Assembly (NCBI GenBank): GCA_963846655.1 | Contig: CAWJWT010000002.1 | Location: 875,247 to 939,246 of the forward strand | Reading direction: 5' to 3' | DNA: 64,000 nt | From: an uncultured beta proteobacterium | GTDB taxonomy: Bacteria > Pseudomonadota > Gammaproteobacteria > Burkholderiales > JACQAP01 | Shown: piece by piece, positions 57,364 through 64,000 of the stretch | Numbering within the stretch: the first letter of the stretch is position 1 | How the letters are laid out: each line of letters opens with the position of its first letter | Notes under the pieces: model-generated | What the model saw: only the letters and a program-made list of their open reading frames with translations | The model's database searches: none | What the model was told of the DNA's origin: nothing | Position numbers and translations under genes: made by a program

Positions 57364-58528
57364 TCAGGCGAACGTGTCCACCAGGGCGTTGCCGCGTCTA
57401 GTGGGTGGCGTGGATGTGGTTTCCAGCGCGTCCTCGCGCCCGGATTGCGCCGTGGTGCGAGGGGTGCCGCTGAATTGCCGGCCCGGGTCGGCGAACGCGT
57501 TGCCGTTTCCGGCCGTTCCCGCGTCCACGCTGGCCTGACCCAGTGCAATGCCGCTGGCCTGGAGCATTTCGCGCAATTTCGGCAACGCCGCTTCGATGGC
57601 CTCGCGCGTGCTCGCGTTGAGGGCACTGAATTGCACGGCGGCCGATGAACGGGAGCCTTCGGGGTCGCTGGTGAGCGTCAGTTTGATTTCGATGGGGCCG
57701 AGGTCCTCCGGATTCAGGCGAATGGCCGCGGACTGCACATCGTTTTTTGCCATCCAGACCACGCGCGCCGATAACCCGTCGTCCCACGCGGGCGTGCCGA
57801 ACGGCTGCGCCAGATAGTCCAGGTGCGCGGCCCCTGCAGCCGGCGCGTGGGAGGCTCCCGGATGCGTGGCTGACAGCAGCGGTCCATGCGCATTGACGGA
57901 AGGCGAGGGCGGTGCCGGCCGGACGGGATCGCGCGCAACGGACATATCCGGTTTGACGGCCGCGGCCAATCCGGCGTCCGCGAGCGGCGACCTTGCGGCG
58001 GTGCCGGGCTCGGGCAACTCCCCGCGCTGCGGGCCCCGCCCGTTGACGTCCATCGACTGCGGTAGCGCTGCGTTGTCCGCGGGCACGTCGGCGTCGATCG
58101 CGGGATTCGCAGCGCCGGATGCAGCGCCGAGCCCCGCGTCGTTGCGCCCGCGTGCGGGCAGCGCCGCGGATGGATCCGCTATTGCGACATTCAGTCGCCG
58201 GGGGCGGCGCAGGATTTGCGGGCGTGCCTTGCGCGGGCGCGGCGTGTGCGGCCTGTGCAGTGGCCTGGCCGGCCGCGATCGCTTGCAACAGCGCGGCGGG
58301 ATCCCACGCTGCCGCGGGCCCGGATGCTTCCGTTGCCGGCATTGCGTCTAAGCCGGTCGCGGGAGCCTCCGGTGCAAGCCGCCCGATGCCGCTGTCGAGC
58401 AATTCGGCGAAATCCGCGTCGCCCTGACCGGCCGCCGCAGGCTCCTCGGGCGGCGCGCCCGCCGCCGCTGAAATGGCGTTGGCCGCCGTGGCGGGCTGCG
58501 AACTGTTCAACAAGGGCAATGTGCTCAT
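57364..58528 (-). pseudogene. fliK: Flagellar hook-length control protein FliK; one apparent frameshift at the G5 run 58200-58204
   Basis: N-terminal frame (from ATG 58528): MSTLPLLNSSQPATAANAISAAAG...GTPANPAPPPA. The C-terminal frame continues ...LNVAIADPSAALPA... through the conserved FliK C-domain (AWDDGLSARVVWMAKNDVQSAAIRLNPEDLGPIEIKLTL). Confidence 0.8.
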
Positions 58529-58549
58529 TGGTCAGGCGTCCGGGACGTG

Positions 58550-59023
58550 TCAGGAAGATTTCTGCAGGCGATGCGGGTGGCTCGACGCGCTGTGTTCGTC
58601 CTGGTCTTTTTGCTCATTGCGTGCTTCGCGCCGCGATTCGCCGAGATTGTGGCGCTCCAGCAGCACCTCGAAGGATTTCAGCTTCGCGCGCGCGGCCTGC
58701 CATGCCTCCAGGCCGGTGCGGCTTTGCTGCGCGCATTGCGCCAGGACCTGCTGCTGCTGCGCGAGGGCATAGTCGAGCTTGCCCAGAAAGTCGTAGTAGT
58801 TGCGCCACTGCTCGCTGCCCAGGCCGGCCTGGCTGCTGCGTTCGAGGCGGGCCTGGTAATCGAGCCGGCAGCTCTCGAGCATCTGCAGGGTCGAGGATGC
58901 GGCCGTTTCTTTTGCGCGCAATTGCGCCAGCGCGGCAGCGGCGGCATCCACCTGCTTGCGCGTGAGATCCATGATCACTTCCAACGGAAAACGTCTGGAC
59001 ATTTCGGTCGCCTTTTTCTTCAT
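58550..59023 (-). CDS. fliJ: Flagellar export chaperone/stalk protein FliJ
   Basis: Coiled-coil 157 aa ([30 protein letters not shown]...). ATG 59023 forms an ATGA overlap with the fliI stop. Confidence 0.8.
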   Translation of the reverse strand: MKKKATEMSRRFPLEVIMDLTRKQVDAAAAALAQLRAKETAASSTLQMLESCRLDYQARLERSSQAGLGSEQWRNYYDFLGKLDYALAQQQQVLAQCAQQSRTGLEAWQAARAKLKSFEVLLERHNLGESRREARNEQKDQDEHSASSHPHRLQKSS

Positions 59024-60465
59024 GAACGCTTGTGGTCTGGCGCCGCGCCCGCAAACAGGCCATGCAGTTGCGCGACGGAAGCGCCAAATTGTTCGCGGCT
59101 GCGCATGTTCTGGCACAGGAACGCCTCCATGCGCGGCATCAGCGCGATGGCCTGGTCGAGTTGTGGATCGCTGCCGGCGACATAGGCGCCGACATTGATC
59201 AGATCGCGGCTGCGTTGATAGCGCGAGTACAGCGACTTGAGGCGACGCACGCTTTCCAGGTGCGCCTCGTCGACCAGCGAAGTCATCGCGCGGCTGATTG
59301 AGGCCTCGACATCGATGGCCGGATAGTGGCCCGATTCGGCCAGTTCCCGCGACAGTACGATGTGGCCGTCGAGAATCGCGCGGGCGGCATCCCCGATCGG
59401 ATCGGACGGGTCATCGCCTTCCGTCAGCACCGTGTAGAAAGCCGTGATCGAACCGCCGCCCGAGGTGCCGTTGCCGGCGCGTTCCACGAGCGCCGGCAGT
59501 TTGGCGAACACGGACGGGGGATAGCCTTTGGTCGCCGGCGGCTCGCCCACGGCCAGCGCGATTTCGCGCTGGGCCATGGCCACGCGGGTCAGCGAATCCA
59601 TGATCAGCAGCACGTTCTTGCCCTGGTCGCGGAAATATTCCGCCACCGCGGTGGCATAGGCGGCGCCCTGGATGCGCATCAGCGGCGACGTATCGGCCGG
59701 TGCCGCCACGACGACCGAGCGGGCCATGCCCTCGGCGCCCAGGATATGCTCGATGAATTCCTTGACTTCGCGCCCGCGTTCGCCGATCAGCCCGACGACG
59801 GTGACATCCGCCGTGGTATAGCGCGCCATCATGCCCAGCAACACGCTTTTGCCCACGCCCGAGCCGGCAAACAGACCCATGCGCTGGCCGCGGCCCACGG
59901 TGAGCAGCGCGTTGATGGCGCGCACGCCCACGTCGAGCGTTGCGGCGATGGGCGCGCGTTCCAGTGGGTTGATGGGCCGGCTGTACAGCGGCTGCATTTC
60001 CCGCGTGGTCAACGGCGCCAGGCGATCGAGCGGCTTGCCGGTGCCATCGAGCACGCGCCCCAGCAATTCCGTACCCACCGGCACATGTTTGCCGCGGTCG
60101 GCTGCGCGCCGGCGCGGCACTTCGACCTTGCCCATGCGCACCGGTGCAAGCGCGAGCTGCTGGGGTACCACGCGCGCCCCGGGCGTTACGCCATAAACGT
60201 CCTGGGTGGGCATCAGAAATAACCGATCGCCGGAGAATCCAACGACTTCGGCTTCGGCGCGATTGCCATTGGGAAGCAGCAGGGTACAGGTGCTGCCGAC
60301 GGCGAGCTTGAGGCCGACGGCCTCCATGACCAGTCCCGCGGCGCGGGTCAAATAGCCGCACGGCGCCAGGGGTTCACTGGCATCGATGCGCGCGCGGCAA
60401 TCCTGCAGAAACTCCGCGATGCGCGGTGCGCGTTGCGGCGCGAGTGCGCTGGCTGTCGTGCTCAT
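59020..60465 (-). CDS. fliI: Flagellum-specific ATPase FliI
   Basis: Walker [17 protein letters not shown], Walker [14 protein letters not shown] 60465 overlaps the fliH stop. The ORF-track N-terminal 41 aa are an extension. Confidence 0.95.
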   Translation of the reverse strand: MSTTASALAPQRAPRIAEFLQDCRARIDASEPLAPCGYLTRAAGLVMEAVGLKLAVGSTCTLLLPNGNRAEAEVVGFSGDRLFLMPTQDVYGVTPGARVVPQQLALAPVRMGKVEVPRRRAADRGKHVPVGTELLGRVLDGTGKPLDRLAPLTTREMQPLYSRPINPLERAPIAATLDVGVRAINALLTVGRGQRMGLFAGSGVGKSVLLGMMARYTTADVTVVGLIGERGREVKEFIEHILGAEGMARSVVVAAPADTSPLMRIQGAAYATAVAEYFRDQGKNVLLIMDSLTRVAMAQREIALAVGEPPATKGYPPSVFAKLPALVERAGNGTSGGGSITAFYTVLTEGDDPSDPIGDAARAILDGHIVLSRELAESGHYPAIDVEASISRAMTSLVDEAHLESVRRLKSLYSRYQRSRDLINVGAYVAGSDPQLDQAIALMPRMEAFLCQNMRSREQFGASVAQLHGLFAGAAPDHKRS

Positions 60466-61097
60466 GGGGCGACCCCGTGCGTATCCTGCACCAGCCATCC
60501 CTGATCCCGGCCCAGCGCGCCGACGACCTGGCGCCAGCGCGCGTCGAGCGTGGCATCGACTTCTCCGTGCGAGCAGGACACCACGCAACCGCCGCGCGCG
60601 ACACCCGCGTCTTCGACGATCGTCCAGCCGGCAAGCGTCAGCGATTCTCCGGCCAACTCCCGGGCGAGCGCCGCATCCTGCGGATTCAGGGATACGCGCC
60701 GCTCCTGCCCCAACACCGGCAAGCTGCGGATGGCCTCCTGCATGACCGGCAGAATCAGGTCCGGTTTGACGGTGAGCGCGCTGCGCAGCATCTGTTGCGC
60801 GACCGCAAGTGCGACATCCAACAATTGCTGGGCCAGAATCTGATCCAGTTCCGCGCTCTCCGCGGCAAATGCGTTGCCCAATGCGACGAAGCGCTCGACC
60901 TGCGCCATGGCACGCTGCCGGCCTTCACGCAGCCCCGCCTGATAGCCGTCCTGGTGGGCCTGCTGGTGGATTTTTTCGACCTGCGTGGCCGTGGTGAGCG
61001 AGACCGGCCCCTTCTTGCCCGGGACGTCGAAGCTGTCGAGCTCATAGCGCTCGTAGGCCGAGATCTGCTCCTTCGGAATCAGGGTGGCCGCTACCAT
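60462..61097 (-). CDS. fliH: Flagellar assembly protein FliH
   Basis: [24 protein letters not shown]... followed by a helical region and a C-terminal FliI-binding-type domain. The upstream ATG at 61130 is an alternative start. Confidence 0.8.
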   Translation of the reverse strand: MVAATLIPKEQISAYERYELDSFDVPGKKGPVSLTTATQVEKIHQQAHQDGYQAGLREGRQRAMAQVERFVALGNAFAAESAELDQILAQQLLDVALAVAQQMLRSALTVKPDLILPVMQEAIRSLPVLGQERRVSLNPQDAALARELAGESLTLAGWTIVEDAGVARGGCVVSCSHGEVDATLDARWRQVVGALGRDQGWLVQDTHGVAP

Positions 61098-61163
61098 GCT
61101 CAGAACACCGCCCGCAGGACGGCGCCGCATGCGTGCGCCTGGCGGCGGGCGTCCTGCTCACCC

Positions 61164-62162
61164 CTAGACGAACGCATCGTCGCCCCTGCCGCCAAGCGCA
61201 AGCTGGCCTTCGTCGGCCAGGCGGCGCACGAGTTTGAGGATCTCCTTCTGCTCGGTTTCGACTTCCGACAGGCGTACCGGTCCCTTGGACTCCAGGTCAT
61301 CGCGCAACATCTCGGCCGCGCGGCCCGACATGTTCTTGAATATCTTTTCGCGCAGTTCTTCGCTGGCGCCTTTCAGGGCCACGATCAGCGAATCCGATTG
61401 CACTTCGCGCAGCACCACCTGGATGCCGCGGTCATCGATGCCGATCAGGTTGTCGAACACGAACATTTCGTCGAGGATTTTTTGCGCAAGGTCGCCGTCG
61501 TGGGTGCGGATGTTTTCGATCACCGAACCTTCGATCGAACCCGACATGAAGTTCATGATTTCCGCGGCAGCGCGGATGCCGCCCTTCGGGCTTTTCTTCA
61601 GATTGACGTTGCCCGCAAGCAGTTTGGTCAATACTTCGTTGAGTTCCTTGAGCGCCGCCGGCTGGATGCCCTCAAGCGTGGCAATGCGCAGGATCACGTC
61701 GTTGCGCAGGGCCTCGGTGAACTGCGCGAGCACTTCGCTCGCCTGATCCCGGTCGAGGTGCACCAGGATGGTCGCAACGATCTGCGGATGTTCATTCTTG
61801 ATAAGCTCGGCGACCGAAGGCGAATCCATCCATTTGAGTCCTTCGATGCCCCCGCTGTCGTTGGCCTGGAGCATGCGGTCGATCAGGCCCGCGGCCTTGT
61901 CGTCGCCGAGTGCCTTGGTGAGCACCGTGCGAACGTAGCCGTCGGCATCCATGCCGACCGTGCTTTTCTTTTCCGCGGCCTCGTGGAAGGCGCCGATCAC
62001 GCTCTCGATGCTGTTCTTGCTGACGGTTTTCATCGACGCCATGGCCTGTCCGAGTTTCTGGACTTCGCGCGGACCGAGATGGCGCAGCACCGCTGCCGCC
62101 GCTTCCTCGCCCAGCGACATCAGCAGGATGGCGCTTTTTTCGATGCCCTCAGCGCTCATCAC
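61164..62162 (-). CDS. fliG: Flagellar motor switch protein FliG
   Basis: 332 aa. GIEKSAILLMSLGEEAAAAVLRHLGPREVQKLGQAM... and C-terminal torque-helix region ...MSGRAAEMLRDDLE... Confidence 0.95.
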   Translation of the reverse strand: MMSAEGIEKSAILLMSLGEEAAAAVLRHLGPREVQKLGQAMASMKTVSKNSIESVIGAFHEAAEKKSTVGMDADGYVRTVLTKALGDDKAAGLIDRMLQANDSGGIEGLKWMDSPSVAELIKNEHPQIVATILVHLDRDQASEVLAQFTEALRNDVILRIATLEGIQPAALKELNEVLTKLLAGNVNLKKSPKGGIRAAAEIMNFMSGSIEGSVIENIRTHDGDLAQKILDEMFVFDNLIGIDDRGIQVVLREVQSDSLIVALKGASEELREKIFKNMSGRAAEMLRDDLESKGPVRLSEVETEQKEILKLVRRLADEGQLALGGRGDDAFV

Positions 62163-63756
62163 CGGCTACCCAGGTTCGCACGATGTTGGCAACCAGTTTG
62201 GGTTCCTGCCGGGCGAGCTGTTTGGCGGAGTCGAGACTGGCCTGATGCGTCGAAGCCGCGCCGATCATGCCCGGCATGACGCCCGGCGGCAGCGCTTGCA
62301 TGCCGGGGGGCGGCGTCAAGGCGGTGCGAAACATGGGGCGCAGGACCTTGATGAACAGGAATAGCACGACGGCTGCAATCAGCAGATGCTTGGCGAGTTC
62401 CTGTGCCAGCGTCCAGGTGCCCGGTTGCTTCCACACCGGCACCGGTTCAAGGGTTTCGGCATCGGGCACCAGGAATGCGGTGTTGGCGACCGTCACCGTG
62501 TCGCCGCGCGTTTCGGTGAAGCCCATCGCTTCGCGCACCAGCTTGTTGATCTGCGCCATTTCATCTTCCGTGCGCGGTTTGTACGAGACCTTGCCGTTCT
62601 TCGCGGTGATCTTGCGATAGTTCACCACCACCGCGACCGACAGGCGCTTGACGTTGCCGGTGCTGTGGCGCACGTGCTTGAGCGTCTTGTCCACTTCATA
62701 ACTGATGGAGGAATTTCGGCTGCTGCTCACCGGGCCTGCCGAGGCAGTCTGCGTCGCCCCGGCTGCGGCGGGCGTCCCGTTGATCGGCGCCACGGCCGGT
62801 GCGGGGGGCTGATTCGACAAGGCACCGGGCACGCCGCCCGCCTGGGCGCCGGCCGCGCTGCTCGACTCGCTGGTATTCTGGCTGCGTATTGCGGCTGCCG
62901 CCGTATTCTGGTTCGGCCGATACACTTCCTCGGCCATTTCGGTCTGCGAGAAATCGACCTCCGCGCTGACTTGCGCATGGACGTTTTCGCCACCGACCAC
63001 CGGCATCACGATCGACTTGATGCGCTGCGCATAATCCTGTTCCATCGTCTTGATGTATTTGAGCTGACCCGGATCGAGCCCGGCCTGCAGCGGCGCATCG
63101 CTCTGCGCCGACAACAGATTGCCGTTCTGGTCGACGACCGTGACGTTCTTGACCAGCAGATCGGGGACGCTGCTCGACACCAGGTGGGCAATTGCGCTGA
63201 CCTGGCCGGGCTCCAGGGAGCGGCCGGCATTCAGATTGACCAGCACCGAGGCGCTTGGCTTCTGCTGGTCGCGGACGAACACGCTGGGTTTGGGAATCGC
63301 CAGGTGCACTCGCGCGGCGCCGACCGCGGCGACCGACTGGATCGATCGCGCAAGCTCGCCTTCCAGGGCACGATGGAAATTGATTTGCTCGAGAAACTGA
63401 CTGGTGCCGAGTTTGGAGGATTCCATCAATTCGAAACCCACCAGGCTGCCCTTGGGCAATCCCTGGCTGGCGAGTCTGAGGCGGGCCTCATGCACCATCG
63501 CGCCGGGCACCAGAATCGCACCACCGCTGTCGGCGAACTTGTAAGGCACGTTCATCTGGGTGAGCGCTGCGATGATGGCGCCGCCGTCGCGGTCGTTCAC
63601 GTTCGAGAACAGCACGCGATAGTCCGGCGTCTGGCTCCACATCCAGGCGCCGAGTGCGAGCGCCAGCGCCGTTGCCACAGCCATCATCAGCGCGAGCGCC
63701 TGCCGTCCACCCGGTCCGCCAAGTCGCTGCACGATCTCTGTTGCGCTTCCAGCCAT
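62149..63756 (-). CDS. fliF: Flagellar MS-ring protein FliF
   Basis: 535 aa. N-terminal TM, ...LFSNVNDRDGGAIIAALTQMNVPYKF..., second TM near the C-terminus. Overlaps the fliG start. Confidence 0.95.
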   Translation of the reverse strand: MAGSATEIVQRLGGPGGRQALALMMAVATALALALGAWMWSQTPDYRVLFSNVNDRDGGAIIAALTQMNVPYKFADSGGAILVPGAMVHEARLRLASQGLPKGSLVGFELMESSKLGTSQFLEQINFHRALEGELARSIQSVAAVGAARVHLAIPKPSVFVRDQQKPSASVLVNLNAGRSLEPGQVSAIAHLVSSSVPDLLVKNVTVVDQNGNLLSAQSDAPLQAGLDPGQLKYIKTMEQDYAQRIKSIVMPVVGGENVHAQVSAEVDFSQTEMAEEVYRPNQNTAAAAIRSQNTSESSSAAGAQAGGVPGALSNQPPAPAVAPINGTPAAAGATQTASAGPVSSSRNSSISYEVDKTLKHVRHSTGNVKRLSVAVVVNYRKITAKNGKVSYKPRTEDEMAQINKLVREAMGFTETRGDTVTVANTAFLVPDAETLEPVPVWKQPGTWTLAQELAKHLLIAAVVLFLFIKVLRPMFRTALTPPPGMQALPPGVMPGMIGAASTHQASLDSAKQLARQEPKLVANIVRTWVAGDER

Positions 63757-63945
63757 TGCCCATTCCTTTAATTGTGCGTTTTACGCCGGCCGCCGCGCCT
63801 GCCGTGGACGCAATCCGATGACGGCGATTATGGTTGGCGGATGGCAATTCAAACGCGTGAAAAGAGGGGGTTTTAGGTCCCTAATTCGCAGCAGGGGACT
63901 GGACCGGCCGGGGTATCGTGCCGCCATCGTGCAAAAGGGCAGGGA

Positions 63946-64000
63946 TATGCAGCACAGTGATCATGCGCAAGCCTCACAAGCGCCCGCCGCCGTGGCGGTG
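63946..64000 (+). CDS. Possible 5' end of a gene divergent from fliF (fliE would be expected here, but the 18 visible codons are not diagnostic)
   Basis: ATG at 63946 preceded by aaaagggcaggg. Open to the window edge (MQHSDHAQASQAPAAVAV). Confidence 0.25.

Overview
GC-rich chromosomal segment that looks betaproteobacterial (Burkholderiales-like gene order and protein sequences, judged by eye; no searches were run). I saw no transposase, integrase, CRISPR array or prophage. Nearly every stretch is explained by recognisable genes. Left block: 3' end of murJ, a secreted PPC-domain protein, and an assimilatory sulfate-reduction cluster (cysB, TauE-like permease, cysI, DUF934, cysH, cysD, cysN, fdxA, cobA, cbiX). 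This is followed by ribF-ileS-lspA, a Mo-oxidoreductase gene and ispH. Middle block: a type IV pilus minor-pilin operon (pilE-fimT-pilV-pilW-pilX-pilY1) convergent on ispH, a TonB-like gene, a Cys-poor Fur-family regulator, two divergent enoyl-CoA hydratases and tRNA-Thr(CGU). Right ~36 kb: a flagellar regulon. It comprises flhDC-motAB, a membrane methyltransferase plus an HDOD-domain protein, flhB-flhA-flhF-flhG-fliA, flgN-flgM-flgA opposite flgBCDEFGHIJKL, and fliRQPONMLKJIHGF. No fliC, fliD, fliS or che genes lie in the window. I did not find a convincing new multi-gene system. The most unusual thing I can see directly is about 16 reading-frame disruptions in otherwise well-conserved genes. 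At least 10 of them fall in pilY1 and fimT. One is an exact 14-bp tandem duplication in fliL. The rest are in fliK, cysI, DUF934 and the PPC protein, several at short homopolymers. These could be assembly indel errors or real pseudogenisation of pilus, flagellar and sulfur genes; raw reads are needed to decide. Secondary leads are the methyltransferase/HDOD pair sitting where che genes often lie, about 90-aa two-cysteine Thr/Ser/Gly-rich modules inside PilY1, and two sigma-28-type promoters. All coordinates and frame calls come from manual reading of the supplied sequence and ORF track.
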